Below are positions 27,524 through 38,702 of a stretch of 64,000 nucleotides of DNA, piece after piece. A program made the translations under genes and the position numbers. Source of the stretch: a virus (taxonomy: Duplodnaviria > Caudoviricetes); the IMG/VR virus record IMGVR_UViG_3300034104_005580, positions 8 to 64,007 of that record. One strand, 5' to 3'. The notes below the pieces were generated by a model. The model worked only from the letters and a program-made list of their open reading frames with translations, was not told the DNA's origin and ran no database searches. Within the stretch, counting starts at the first letter, position 1, and every line of letters begins with the position of its first letter.

Positions 27524-30500
27524 GTGGCCGACAGCAATACCATCGGCAAGCTCTTCGTCCAGCTCCTCCTGGACGATGACGAGTTCGACACCGCCGACGC
27601 CGAGAAGAAGATCAAGGCGTTTGGGCTCCAGCTCGACGGCTTCGCCTCGGCCATGGAGGGGGCCTTCGCCACGGCGGCGAAGGCGGTGGCGGCAGCTACG
27701 GCCGGGATCGTGGCCTCCTCGGCGGTGGTGGGAGCCACCTTCCAGGCGCAGATGACCCAGGTGGGCGTGATCGCCGGTGCCACGGGGGAGGAGTTCGGAG
27801 CCCTGGAGGCCAAGGCTCGTGACCTGGGAGCCACCACGGCCTTCTCCGCCACCGAGGCGGCGACCGCCATGGGCATCCTGGCCGGAGCCGGGCTCTCGGT
27901 GAACGAGGTGATCACCGCCACCGGCTCGGTCCTGAACCTCGCGGGTGCGGGTGGCACCACCCTGGACGTGGCGGCCTCCTCCCTGGCCTCCACCCTCTCC
28001 CAGTTCGGCCTCTCGGCCGGGGAGGCCACCCGGGTCACCGATGTTTTCGCCAAGGTGACGGCGGCCTCCCAGTTCCGGGTGGAGGACCTCGCGGAGGCGA
28101 TGAAGTACGGCGGAGCCGTGGGAGCTGGCTTCGGGTGGTCCCTGGAGGAGACCACGGCCGCGCTCGCGATGTTCCGCGATATGGGGCTCCAGGGGTCGAT
28201 GGCCGGAACGGCCCTCCGCTCCTCCATGGTGGGGGCGACCCAGGCGAGCCACCAGAACGTGGCGGTCATGGCCAAGTATGGCCTGACGATGGCCGAGGTG
28301 AACCCAGAGACCCATAGCTTCGCGGAGATTCTGGCCACGGTCGGGAAGGCCGGGATGACCACCTCCGACGCCATGGTGGTCTTCGGGAACGAGGCCGGTG
28401 CGGCCTTCGCCTCCCTCGCTCGTGGAGTGGCCTCCGGGGACACGAAGTATCAGGAGATGATCGCCACCCTGGAGGATTCGTCAGGGGCCGCCTCGGAGAT
28501 GTTCGGGGCGATGCAGGACAACGTCATGGGCTCCTTCAAGGAGCTACAGTCCGGGGCCGAAGAAGTCCTCCTCTCCATCTTCGACTCCATGAAGGCCCCC
28601 CTGGCCCAGGTGCTCGACGCCCTCTCCTCCACCCTGGCGGAGGTGATCGCCTACTTCCAGGCCAACGCCCCCCAGATCACCGAGCGCCTCCAGGCCCAGG
28701 CGGACAAGTTCGGAGCGTGGCTCCAGGAGAACCGGCAACTGATCGCCGTCACCTTCACCGAGGGTGCCCAGGCGGTGGTGACCCTGATCGAGGTGCTCGG
28801 CCAGCTCGCCCCGATTCTGGACGAGCTGGTGATCCTCCTCACGGCGATGTTCGTGGCGAAGAAGGTGCTGGACTTCGCCATGGCCATCCAGACGGCGGTG
28901 GAGGGACTGATGGCCCTCCGTACCGCCATCCTGGCGGCGGACGCGGCCATCGCGGTCTCCACCGGCGGGATGTATGCGGTGGTCATCGCCATCGGGGCCC
29001 TCGTGGTGGCCTTGGGGACCCTGATCTACTCCTACACGAGCGCGACCGCCGCCGCCGACCGCTTGAAGTCCGCCCAGGAGCGGCTGGCGGCGACCGCCGT
29101 GAAGGCCGACACCGAGCGGGCGGAAGCCCTGGATCGGTACCTCGTGAAGAAGAAGGAGGAGGCCCAGGCCGAGCTGGAAGCGGGGGCGGCTTCCGGCTCA
29201 CTCTCGGCGGCTCGGAAGAAGGAGCTGGAGCTGATCCTGTCCCTCACCGGGGCGACCGCCCAACAGATGGAGGCCGCCGGGAAGCTCCTCGTGGTGAACG
29301 GTGAGCTGCGGACGGTGGGGGGGATTGCGGACGAGGGGGACGTGGAGGCGGTGGCCGCCCTCACCCAGCGCATCGACTCCTTCCAGGCCGCCGCCGCGAA
29401 GGCGAAGGCGGACGCCGCCGAGCTGGAGAGCGTGATCGCGACCATCGGGGAGCAGAGCGACGGGATGCGCTCGATCACCCTCACCTCCGGGACCCGGGTG
29501 GTGGCGAGCGATCTGGAGACCCTGGGGGTGAAGGTCCAGGCGTTCAAGGAGCAGGCCACCGAGTACGCCCAGGCCGCCGAGAGCTTGAAGGCCGACTATG
29601 GGAAGGCCACGGTGAGCATCCTGGAGGATGCCGCCCGCGCCCAGGATGCGATGGGAAAGGGAGCGAGCGAGCTGGCTCGCAGTTTCGGGGCCACTGGGGA
29701 GGCCGCCGAGAAGGCGGCTCGTCAGGCGGAGGAGGCGTGGGTCCGAGCCTTCCAGAGCGCGACCGCCGCCGGTGCGGGGGCCCTGGAGGCCGCCCGCGAG
29801 GGCTACGAGGACTCCCTGGCCGACCAGGAAGAGAAGCTCCGTTTGAGCCACCAGCGCGAGCTTCGGGACCTCTCCCGCTCCGAGGCGAAGGCCCTGGCCG
29901 AGGTGGAGGACAATGAGGTGGCGAGGCTGATCGTCACCGAGCAGTTCTCCCAGGCGCGGGCCCTCGTGGAGAAGCGGCAGGCCGTGGAGGTGCGGCACTT
30001 CCAGTGGGACCAGACGAAGAAGGAGCTGGACGAGAAGAAGGCCGCCCTGGAGAAGAAGCAGGAGGCCGAGCGGAAGGCCGAGGAGGAGCGGCGAGCCATC
30101 CGAGCCCGGAGCCTCGCCGCCCTGACCTCCATGGAGCGGGGGGCGATGAAGGAGTCCGAGCGCATCGACGCCGAGCGCACGGACTTCTTCTCGGAGAACA
30201 CGGACCTGACCCTGGAGGAGAAGGAGAAGGCGGAGGGGCTCTTCGCCGACCGGAAGAAGGCCGCCCTGAACGAGGAGCGGGCGGCGACCATCGCGGCCGT
30301 GAAGAAGACCGCCGAGGACGTGGCGGCGGTCCTCTCCACCGTGGCCGGTGTCGTGATGGACGTGGGAAAGGCCCTTCTCCAGTTCGGAGGCTATATCGTG
30401 CAGGGGCTCACCGGGATCGTGGACGTGGCGGGTGAGGTGGTCACGGCGATCACCTCCATCTTCGACACCCTCACCGGCGGCACGGTCTCGCTCGACGTGC

Positions 30501-32044
30501 TCGGCTACATCCAGGAGGCCATGGATGCGATCACCGCCGGGGAGGCGGGTGGTGCCTCGGTGGGTGACGTGGCGGCCTCCTTCGTGGAGGAGATGGCGGC
30601 GAACGCTTCGCTCTTCACGGACTCCCTCGTGGAGGCCCTTCCCGACGTGGTGGCGGCCCTCCTCACCGCCATCCCCGATCTGATCGGGAAGGTGGCCGAG
30701 GCGCTCCCCATCCTGGCGGAGCAGGTGGCCGCCATGGTCCCGGACCTCGTGACCCTCCTGGCCGAGAACATCCCCATCCTGATCCAGGGGATCGTGGATG
30801 CTCTGCCCATCGTAGTGGAAGCCCTGGTCTCCGCCCTCCCCGCCCTCGTGGCGGTGGTGGCCGAGGCGGTGCCGATGATCCTGGACGCGGTGGTGACGAA
30901 CCTCCCCATCCTGATCCAGGGGATCGCCTCGGCCATCCCCGACCTCGTCCAGGTGATCGTGGAGAACCTTCCCACGGTGGTCCAGGGCATCGTGGACAAT
31001 CTGCCGATGGTGGTGGAGGCCATCGCCGCCGCCATCCCGGACATCGTGACGGCCGTGGCCGAGGCCATCCCCTCCCTGGTCCAGGCCGTGGTGGATGCTC
31101 TGCCGTTGGTCATCCAGGCCGTGGTGGACTCGATCCCCCCCATCGTGGACGCCCTGAAAGAGGCCATCCCGGTCCTCACGAAGGGGCTGATGGACGCCCT
31201 GCCGAAGCTCGTCATGGGGCTCGTGAGCGGCATCCTGGAGATGATCCCCACCCTGATCGAGCAGCTCCCGGTGGTGATCCAGGGGATCATGGACCTCCTG
31301 CCGATGCTGATCACGGCCATCCTTGACGCCATCCCCGGGATTATCACCTCGATCATCCAGGCTATTCCCCAGATCGTGATGTCGATCCTGGAGGCGATCC
31401 CGGGCATCATTACGTCTATTATTGGCGGTTTGCCCGATATTATTATCGCCCTCGTGAAGGAGCTGCCTGGGATGGTGACCCAGCTCGTCCTGGCCCTCAC
31501 GGCGGCGGTACCGGAGATCATCGTTGCTCTGATCGAGGCGCTCTTTACCGAGCTGATCCCTGCGATCCCACTGATCGTCTATGAGCTGTTCAAGGCCCTC
31601 TGGGAGTCCCTCGTGGACCTCGTGGATGGCTTGATCGAGATGCTCACCGGGTGGTTTGAGGACATCTTCGGCGGCGGTGACAAGAAGGACAAGTCCTCAA
31701 GTTATTCAGGTATCTCCTACGTTCCAGCCACGATGCGGGGGGTTACCCTCCACGCGGGGGAAGCCGTGCTCTCCGCCGACCAGAACGCCCGCCGGATGTT
31801 CGGCGGCTCGGCGGGCGCGAGCCAGTCCAACCCCTCGGCCCCGGTGATCACCTCTGGCCAGGGAGCCACCGGGCCCGCCTCCTCCCTGGAGGCCCTCTTC
31901 GCCGTCGATGGCCGGATCATCGACGGGGTCCTCCTCCGAGCCAACGAGAACGGGCGGGGTAAGGTGACCTCCATGATGAAGCGTCGCGCCGGGGTTCGCT
32001 CCGGGATCAAGTCCTCCGGTCGATTCAAGCTCTGGAGCAAGTAG
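27524..32044 (+). CDS. Tape measure protein (TP901-type core)
   Basis: 1506 aa; ARDLGATTAFSATEAA, GLQGSMAGTALR; 11-residue LPxLV repeats. Confidence 0.95.
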   Translation: MADSNTIGKLFVQLLLDDDEFDTADAEKKIKAFGLQLDGFASAMEGAFATAAKAVAAATAGIVASSAVVGATFQAQMTQVGVIAGATGEEFGALEAKARDLGATTAFSATEAATAMGILAGAGLSVNEVITATGSVLNLAGAGGTTLDVAASSLASTLSQFGLSAGEATRVTDVFAKVTAASQFRVEDLAEAMKYGGAVGAGFGWSLEETTAALAMFRDMGLQGSMAGTALRSSMVGATQASHQNVAVMAKYGLTMAEVNPETHSFAEILATVGKAGMTTSDAMVVFGNEAGAAFASLARGVASGDTKYQEMIATLEDSSGAASEMFGAMQDNVMGSFKELQSGAEEVLLSIFDSMKAPLAQVLDALSSTLAEVIAYFQANAPQITERLQAQADKFGAWLQENRQLIAVTFTEGAQAVVTLIEVLGQLAPILDELVILLTAMFVAKKVLDFAMAIQTAVEGLMALRTAILAADAAIAVSTGGMYAVVIAIGALVVALGTLIYSYTSATAAADRLKSAQERLAATAVKADTERAEALDRYLVKKKEEAQAELEAGAASGSLSAARKKELELILSLTGATAQQMEAAGKLLVVNGELRTVGGIADEGDVEAVAALTQRIDSFQAAAAKAKADAAELESVIATIGEQSDGMRSITLTSGTRVVASDLETLGVKVQAFKEQATEYAQAAESLKADYGKATVSILEDAARAQDAMGKGASELARSFGATGEAAEKAARQAEEAWVRAFQSATAAGAGALEAAREGYEDSLADQEEKLRLSHQRELRDLSRSEAKALAEVEDNEVARLIVTEQFSQARALVEKRQAVEVRHFQWDQTKKELDEKKAALEKKQEAERKAEEERRAIRARSLAALTSMERGAMKESERIDAERTDFFSENTDLTLEEKEKAEGLFADRKKAALNEERAATIAAVKKTAEDVAAVLSTVAGVVMDVGKALLQFGGYIVQGLTGIVDVAGEVVTAITSIFDTLTGGTVSLDVLGYIQEAMDAITAGEAGGASVGDVAASFVEEMAANASLFTDSLVEALPDVVAALLTAIPDLIGKVAEALPILAEQVAAMVPDLVTLLAENIPILIQGIVDALPIVVEALVSALPALVAVVAEAVPMILDAVVTNLPILIQGIASAIPDLVQVIVENLPTVVQGIVDNLPMVVEAIAAAIPDIVTAVAEAIPSLVQAVVDALPLVIQAVVDSIPPIVDALKEAIPVLTKGLMDALPKLVMGLVSGILEMIPTLIEQLPVVIQGIMDLLPMLITAILDAIPGIITSIIQAIPQIVMSILEAIPGIITSIIGGLPDIIIALVKELPGMVTQLVLALTAAVPEIIVALIEALFTELIPAIPLIVYELFKALWESLVDLVDGLIEMLTGWFEDIFGGGDKKDKSSSYSGISYVPATMRGVTLHAGEAVLSADQNARRMFGGSAGASQSNPSAPVITSGQGATGPASSLEALFAVDGRIIDGVLLRANENGRGKVTSMMKRRAGVRSGIKSSGRFKLWSK

Positions 32045-35000
32045 ATGCCCTCCCCCTACTCCCTCGATCAGCTCCCCCTGGAGGTCTCCTCGGTCTTCCG
32101 GGTGACGACCTACCAACTGAAGACCGGCGCGTTCACTGGGGTCACCCTGGACTTCGTGCTTGATCACGCCCTGCAAGCCAACTACTTCGTGATGTTCCAC
32201 CCCTCGGCGGATACCACCGGAGCCGTGGCCCCCTCCCAGTATGGGGTGAGGGTCCTCCGGGACCCCTTCGGGGGCTTCGGGCAGGCCGCCACCGGGCAGG
32301 CTTCCACGATCCGGCTCTCGCGTGGAGGAAACGCGGTAAACTGGGTCGGCTCCTTTACCGTGGTCGAGTGCCTCCAGCCCGGCTCCACGAGCGGCTTCAA
32401 GCTGGCCGGGACGATGAACCTCGCCCTGGGGTCCTTCGCGGGCCCTGGCACCCAGCAGATCGACTTCGGGACGGCCATCGGCTCCATCCTCCAGGTGACC
32501 CCCATCGGGGGGCTCTGGGGCGGTGGGATCGATACCACCGCTGCCGCCACCGACCGCCACCCCACGGTCCTCACTCGGCTCACCTGGAGCGGAACCACGC
32601 TCCGGGTCCGTCGGTGGGGAGGGGCCCCGAACCTTCTGGAGGCGGCGAACCTCTCGGTCTTCCTCGTGCAGTGGGGGAGCGACTGGACCATCCAGAGGGC
32701 GGACATCGTGACCGGAGCCCCGGTGGGTGGGCCCGATCTGGACAGCGCGGGGGAGTTCACCACGGCGGCGATCACGCCCGTCCTCCGGGCTCGGTCCTGG
32801 CTCTTCACCTCCGGAGGGATCAGCCCTGGGACGAGCCCAGGAGCCCAGTTCGTGATGACCACCCTGGGGACGGGGGTGAGCACCTCGGCCACGGAGTCCA
32901 CCGTGGCAGCGGGGGCGTGGACTGGAACCAACTTTGAGGTGACGGCCTTCGTGCTCACCCACGCCAAGCTCTCCAGCCAATGGAGCCGCATCGCCTCCGA
33001 CAACACCATGGCCGCCCAGCTCGTGGTGGGGAGGACCCCCCGGGTGACCGAGGGCTATCGGAGTGGGACCACCGTGCAGATGGCGAGTGGAGCCCGGGCG
33101 GTGGTGGTCACGAGCGCCACCGAGGACCCTGGGGCTGGCCAGTATGCCGAGTCCCTGCTCTGGCCCGCGATCACCAGCTCGCTCCAGCTCGTGGTGAGCC
33201 GCCGGGATGACAACGCAGCCACCGATGTCACGGCTTGGGTCCAGGAGGTGGACTTCGGCTTCATCCAGCTCTCCTCCTCGCCCTCCTCCACTCCGGGCCC
33301 CCAGCAGTACCTGATCGTCCCGGACCTGGAGCTGACCGCCGAGGCGATCAGCTCGATCACCTCCGAGGGGGGGGTGCGGGTGGGACCCGTGATCCCCGCC
33401 ACGGGGAACGCCGGGCGGCTCTTCGCCTTCCACGCTGGAGACCCCACCTCGGCTCCGGTGCTCACCTATCGGCTCGCGGGCCACGGGGACCTGGGAGAGG
33501 CCGGATGGGTCTGGCAGGTGGAGGGGGCGACCTACTGGTACGGCTGGAACGCCTATGACTTCCTCTGGGGCTCCCACTCCTGGAACGACCAGACCGCCGC
33601 CCGCTACAACGTGTGCGGGGTCTACTCCTCGGTCTTCGGGCGATTGCTCGTCGGCTACTCGCCAGCGGCCACCTCCTCGGTCTTCGTGCGCTCCCACTCG
33701 GAGGAGGACGACGATCCCTACTCGTCCATCGCCCTCGGCACTCCGAACCGGACCACCACCTACACGACGGCCGTGACCGACGATAACGCCCTGGTCAGGA
33801 TGATCGAGCTGGATGACGGCTCACTCCTGATGCTCTCCCTGGTCACCTCCGGCGGAGACTGGGACTGGGATGTCTGGGGCTCCCAGGACGGGGGTACCTC
33901 CTGGACCCTCGTGGCGAGCCGTCTCGTGGCTACGGCGAACGCTGGGACGGGGCTCACCACCCGCCCGGTCTCGGTGGCCTTCGCCTCCTCCGGGGACTGG
34001 GTGCGGATCGCGTGGGTGGACACCGCCGTCACGGTCTTCACCCTGGTCTCCAGCTCGCGGGCGCTCTCCTGGAGCTACCTGGGGAGCGGCACCACCCCGA
34101 TCACCACCGGGACGAATGGGGAGGTCTCCGACCTCTACGCCCTGGCCATGGCCGGGAGGAACGATGGAGCTGGCACCTTCATCCTCTGGATCAGGGATGC
34201 CGCCAACAACTACGAGGTGGACGCCTACACGGTGACCCGGGATGAAGAGTGGGTCCAGGACCTGGACCTGGACTTCTCCATGGGCGTCGATCACGAGGTG
34301 AAGCACCTCGCGGCCTGCACCTCCCCGGAGGGCTTCTTCCTCTACGCCGTGGTGGATAATGTCACCGCCACCTTGCTCACTTTCCACGGGCGGGTCTACG
34401 ACCTGGACGATCCCCAGGGCATCCAGCGCACCCTCTCCACCTCTTCGATCCCCTTCTACGGAATGGAGAAGAGGCCCCAGCACCTCCAGCTCGTGAATAC
34501 CGGGCGGGAGCTGGTCATGGTGGGGAGCTTCCTCGACTGGGCCGGAGCCGTGGCCTCCACCGGGGTCCTCGTGGGGCGGCTCGCCGGGTGGTCCCAGGTG
34601 CCCGTCCAGGGGCAGAACACGGACGGGTGGGTGGCGACCAACCACTGGCTCTGCCTGGGGGGCCAGCCCAACTCCTCCACCTACTCCTTCATGCCCCTCC
34701 GCTCCTCCGGTGGCCCGACCATCGGATGCACGGACCTCCGGCTCCAGGTGACCACCACCTCCGGCTATGGCTATTGGGAGTGGACCCCGGGCTCCCTCCC
34801 CTGGCGGAGCTACGGCATGGCCTTCGGGGCCATGGTGCGGGTGCCGAGCAGCGCCACCCCCACGGCGGATCGGAACGTGGGGGTGCGGGTCACCACCGCC
34901 CCGAGTGGCCCCACCGGGGTCAACTTCATGGTGAACGCTACGACCACGATGATCAGCCTCTGGGACAATACGGGCGGGTCGACCATGGTGGGCTTCGTCT

Positions 35001-36421
35001 CCACCCCGGCGATCACGCAGTACCTCCACGAGTTCCGGGTGGGGCTCGATCCAAGCTACAAGGTCTTCATGGCCGTCCGCCCGTTTGAGGCGGTGAAGGG
35101 GTGGAAGACCCGGGAGGAGGGATGGACCCGGATCAGCGGGACCCTCGGCGGCTCGGCTGGGACGACCATGGACCTGATCCAGTGGGGGAACCTCGACTAC
35201 TCCGGAGCCGGGACCAATACCTCCGAGTGGAGGGAGGCGTGGGCCGCCGGTGGCTCCACCACCGAGCCGGGGCACGTCCTCCAGAAGACCGGGCTGACCT
35301 GGAGCGACTACCAGGGCCGCCGCACCACCACCCGCTCCCAGCGGGTCTATGCGGGGATCGATGTCTTCTGGGGTGGGGGTGGCGGCGGTCGCCGGGACAC
35401 CTTCACCGGCGAGGTGGCTCTGGCCAACCCGGCAGAATCCATCTTCGTTGACTCGCCCCGATTCTACTGGGAGGCGGCGGGCTCCACCTCCCAGGCCCTG
35501 ATCATGGACTTCGGTGCGGGGGGCTCCACGAGGCGCTCCCTCCACGAGGCGGCGGCGCTCTTCGGGAGCCGGTGCCGCACGGCGACCATCGAATACCACT
35601 GGCAGAACGAGTGGTCTTCTCCGCTCTTCACCTACGCGGCGGACGCTACCTTGGTCTCGGCCATGGCCATCCGGGCGGTGGATGGCCATGCCGTGCTCGT
35701 GAAGTTCGACTCCACCTCTCTCGTGCCTCCGGCGGCCTCCTGGGAGGGGGCCTACTTCCGGGTGACGGCTGGAACCACCACCGCCCCGGTCGGGAAGACC
35801 TGGAAGGTGAGGAAGCACGGGCCCGCCCGGGATGCGGACTCGATCTGGCTCTACCTGGAGTCCACGGTGAACACCCTGGACCTCCAGACCTACGGAGCCA
35901 TGGCGGGCGATACGGCTTGCGTCTTCTCCAACCGGATGGCCGTCCGGTACGGTGAGCCGGTGCGGACCCGGTGGATGCGGGTGGTCCTCCCCTCCGAGGA
36001 CGTGGAGGGCGGGAAGCACGCCCTGGGGGCTCTCGTGGCCGGGCCGGTCCACGACTTCGATCCTCCCCTGGACTGGAGCTGGAAGGACAACCAGCAGCCG
36101 AACACCACCCGCTTCACGTCGAAGAGTGGCGTGACGTGGGCTTACTCGGAGGGCCCGGCTCAACGGGTCTGGCAGGGGCGGCTCGTGGGCGACGTGAGCC
36201 AGCGGAGCCGCGAGGCCCTTCGCGGGATGCTTCGCCTCTTCTCCTCCTTCGACGTGCGGCCGGTGGCCCTCGTGGTGGACCACGCGAACCTGCCGAGCCA
36301 ACTCCTCTACGGATACGTCTCCACCGGCGGGCAGCTCGACAACGAGGGATGGTTCACGGATACCACCGGGAAGTGGCAGGGGGCGGGTGACTCGCCCTTC
36401 CAGCTCGTGGAGGTGACCTAA
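32045..36421 (+). CDS. Large tail-tip/minor tail protein
   Basis: 1458 aa, beta-rich and T/G/S/W-rich; Asp-box-like SQDGGTSW; directly after the tape measure. Confidence 0.7.
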   Translation: MPSPYSLDQLPLEVSSVFRVTTYQLKTGAFTGVTLDFVLDHALQANYFVMFHPSADTTGAVAPSQYGVRVLRDPFGGFGQAATGQASTIRLSRGGNAVNWVGSFTVVECLQPGSTSGFKLAGTMNLALGSFAGPGTQQIDFGTAIGSILQVTPIGGLWGGGIDTTAAATDRHPTVLTRLTWSGTTLRVRRWGGAPNLLEAANLSVFLVQWGSDWTIQRADIVTGAPVGGPDLDSAGEFTTAAITPVLRARSWLFTSGGISPGTSPGAQFVMTTLGTGVSTSATESTVAAGAWTGTNFEVTAFVLTHAKLSSQWSRIASDNTMAAQLVVGRTPRVTEGYRSGTTVQMASGARAVVVTSATEDPGAGQYAESLLWPAITSSLQLVVSRRDDNAATDVTAWVQEVDFGFIQLSSSPSSTPGPQQYLIVPDLELTAEAISSITSEGGVRVGPVIPATGNAGRLFAFHAGDPTSAPVLTYRLAGHGDLGEAGWVWQVEGATYWYGWNAYDFLWGSHSWNDQTAARYNVCGVYSSVFGRLLVGYSPAATSSVFVRSHSEEDDDPYSSIALGTPNRTTTYTTAVTDDNALVRMIELDDGSLLMLSLVTSGGDWDWDVWGSQDGGTSWTLVASRLVATANAGTGLTTRPVSVAFASSGDWVRIAWVDTAVTVFTLVSSSRALSWSYLGSGTTPITTGTNGEVSDLYALAMAGRNDGAGTFILWIRDAANNYEVDAYTVTRDEEWVQDLDLDFSMGVDHEVKHLAACTSPEGFFLYAVVDNVTATLLTFHGRVYDLDDPQGIQRTLSTSSIPFYGMEKRPQHLQLVNTGRELVMVGSFLDWAGAVASTGVLVGRLAGWSQVPVQGQNTDGWVATNHWLCLGGQPNSSTYSFMPLRSSGGPTIGCTDLRLQVTTTSGYGYWEWTPGSLPWRSYGMAFGAMVRVPSSATPTADRNVGVRVTTAPSGPTGVNFMVNATTTMISLWDNTGGSTMVGFVSTPAITQYLHEFRVGLDPSYKVFMAVRPFEAVKGWKTREEGWTRISGTLGGSAGTTMDLIQWGNLDYSGAGTNTSEWREAWAAGGSTTEPGHVLQKTGLTWSDYQGRRTTTRSQRVYAGIDVFWGGGGGGRRDTFTGEVALANPAESIFVDSPRFYWEAAGSTSQALIMDFGAGGSTRRSLHEAAALFGSRCRTATIEYHWQNEWSSPLFTYAADATLVSAMAIRAVDGHAVLVKFDSTSLVPPAASWEGAYFRVTAGTTTAPVGKTWKVRKHGPARDADSIWLYLESTVNTLDLQTYGAMAGDTACVFSNRMAVRYGEPVRTRWMRVVLPSEDVEGGKHALGALVAGPVHDFDPPLDWSWKDNQQPNTTRFTSKSGVTWAYSEGPAQRVWQGRLVGDVSQRSREALRGMLRLFSSFDVRPVALVVDHANLPSQLLYGYVSTGGQLDNEGWFTDTTGKWQGAGDSPFQLVEVT

Positions 36422-38085
36422 TGCCCGATCTTTCCACGGAAGCCGACTTCTCTCGTCTTCGGGTGCTCGACCTCTTCCGGGTCTCCGACCGAGCCGGGGC
36501 GGGGTGGCTCTCGCCCGCGTGGTGGGACGCCGTGCGGGACGACCCCACCCTGGCGAAGGCTCGGATCACGGTGGACCTCGTCTTCGGTCAGGACACCGTG
36601 GTCCGGATGTCCACCACCCCCTTCAAGGTCACCTCCGCCACCACCGGGCGGGACGTGACCTACCTCCCATGCCTCCAGGAGGAGCCGGAGGTCTCGTGGA
36701 GCTACACGGTGGGGAGTGGGGCCGCCGATGTCCAGAGCGCCACCGTGGAGGTGGCCATCCAGCTCGTGCAGCCTGCGAGGATCGTGGGGGCTCGCCGGAT
36801 GCTCGCGGGCTACGGGGAAGTCTGCCTCCAGATCCCGGGTGGGGACTACGACCAGAGGATCGTCCTCCTTCGTGGGGAGATGACCGGGGGGGTCGCCTTC
36901 GGCACCGACGACGAGACCCTGGAGGTGGAGCTATCGGACCCGAAGATCACCGCCGATCTGATCGTGCCTCCGTGGGTGGCCGGGACCGACCGCCACGCCG
37001 ACCTCCCGGAGGACTGGAGTGGGGAGAGGTACCCCCTGATCTTCAACGGGGGCACTTCCGTCGAGTGCATCCGGATCACCACCGCCACCGGGTGGCCCTC
37101 TGGAAGCTCCCCGAGCTTCCTGGTCGGGTACGGCCACGGGCTCACGGTGGGCACCGTCTACGTGAACGGGGTGGAGAAGCTTTCCGGCTCGGCGGACTAC
37201 CCGTGGACCGAGGTGGAGGCCGTGGACCTCCTGGGGACCCCCTATACGGAGCTGGCCTTCACCGCCGTCGCCACGGCCTGGGAGGAGAATGACTCGGTGA
37301 ACGCCACGGTGACCACCACCGAGTCCCTCCACCTCGTCCAGATCATCCAGCGGCTCGTGGAGCAGTTCTCGGTGATCGGCTCGCGTGGCTCACACGCCGC
37401 GCTCTTCGGGCGGGCTCGTGGGCTCCTCCCGGACCTCCGCCCTCTCGTGGTGATCAACGCCTCCAACGCCGCCGACGAAGGGGGCATCCTGACCTTCGTG
37501 GAAGGCACCCTCCTGGCCAGCTACCCCATGGTCTCCATGGTCTGGCAGAACGGGAAGTATGGCCCCATCGTCACCGACTGGAGGGCGATCCCCACCGCCG
37601 ACCTCACGGCGGAGGAGTACCCCCTGATCAATCGGGTCTCCGCGATCCAGGAAAGTGCCAAGGAAGACCTCTTCAACTACTTCACCGTCCGGTATGCCTA
37701 CGACCCCCTGACCGAGACCTACAACGGGGTGGTGACCCGAGACCCGGGGAACGATACCACCTGCCGCCTCTCCAGGGACTCGGTGGGAGCCCGGGCCTAC
37801 GCGACCCTGGAGAGCCCCCTGATCCAGACGGCCGCCGAAGCCAACTACGTGATCGATTGGCTCGTGGCTCACTTCGCCGTCCCCTCCTACTATGTGGAGT
37901 GGGAGGCTCATCCCTGGGTCTTCCTCTTCCTCACCCGGGGACAAACCCTCTGGTTCACGGACTCGGAGTTCACCTGGACCGCCGAGCGGGCCACGGTGGA
38001 GACCGTGGAGTATCAGCACGGAAAGGCCGTCCTGGGGCTCCGGGTCTGGCCTGGACGAAAGCGGCTCGCCACGCTTCGGGCCTAA
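36421..38085 (+). CDS. Tail-tip/hub protein
   Basis: 554 aa; GERYPLIF; position. Confidence 0.6.
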   Translation: MPDLSTEADFSRLRVLDLFRVSDRAGAGWLSPAWWDAVRDDPTLAKARITVDLVFGQDTVVRMSTTPFKVTSATTGRDVTYLPCLQEEPEVSWSYTVGSGAADVQSATVEVAIQLVQPARIVGARRMLAGYGEVCLQIPGGDYDQRIVLLRGEMTGGVAFGTDDETLEVELSDPKITADLIVPPWVAGTDRHADLPEDWSGERYPLIFNGGTSVECIRITTATGWPSGSSPSFLVGYGHGLTVGTVYVNGVEKLSGSADYPWTEVEAVDLLGTPYTELAFTAVATAWEENDSVNATVTTTESLHLVQIIQRLVEQFSVIGSRGSHAALFGRARGLLPDLRPLVVINASNAADEGGILTFVEGTLLASYPMVSMVWQNGKYGPIVTDWRAIPTADLTAEEYPLINRVSAIQESAKEDLFNYFTVRYAYDPLTETYNGVVTRDPGNDTTCRLSRDSVGARAYATLESPLIQTAAEANYVIDWLVAHFAVPSYYVEWEAHPWVFLFLTRGQTLWFTDSEFTWTAERATVETVEYQHGKAVLGLRVWPGRKRLATLRA

Positions 38086-38165
38086 CCCCCTGACGGGTTC
38101 CCACTCCGAACGGGCGGCTTGCCCTGGCTCGTGGTGGTAGAACGGGGGTGGAGCCGCCGTCACCC

Positions 38166-38702
38166 ATGCTGATCCCTCTTCGTTCTGGGGTAGACCCCGC
38201 CGCCGCTCGTGAAGCCGTCGCCACCTTCCTCTCCGAGTGGACGGAGAGCCACTGGGACACGTACCTCTCCACCGCCGGGGCCATGGTCCAGGGGAAGATC
38301 ACCCTGGACGAGGCCCAGCAGAAGATGCTGGAGGACCTGGAGGACTCGCAGGACGAGTTCGCCCAGAAGCTCCCGGAGATCCTGGACCGGCTCTGGGACT
38401 TCTCCCAGGCCCCCGGTGGCCCCATCGGCTCCGCCCTGGAAGCCCTGGATGGGCCCTTCTGGGAGAGCTTTCTGGGGCTCGCCCGGGACGGGGCGAAGTG
38501 GCTCGTGGAGACCTTCACGGTGGACGACCTCGACCGGAAGAAGGTGGCCGACCGGCTCACCGCCCGAGCCGTCCTCCTGGAGCTTCGCGCGGCCGAGATT
38601 GCGGACGGTGGTGGGAGCATCCCCCGGGTGGCTCACCTCCGCCGGGTGGCCGCCCGGAAGCGGGATCGGGCCGCCACCGTGCTCGCCAAGATCGGAGGGT
38701 GA
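38166..38702 (+). CDS. Hypothetical protein
   Basis: ORF with typical codon usage. Confidence 0.6.
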   Translation: MLIPLRSGVDPAAAREAVATFLSEWTESHWDTYLSTAGAMVQGKITLDEAQQKMLEDLEDSQDEFAQKLPEILDRLWDFSQAPGGPIGSALEALDGPFWESFLGLARDGAKWLVETFTVDDLDRKKVADRLTARAVLLELRAAEIADGGGSIPRVAHLRRVAARKRDRAATVLAKIGG

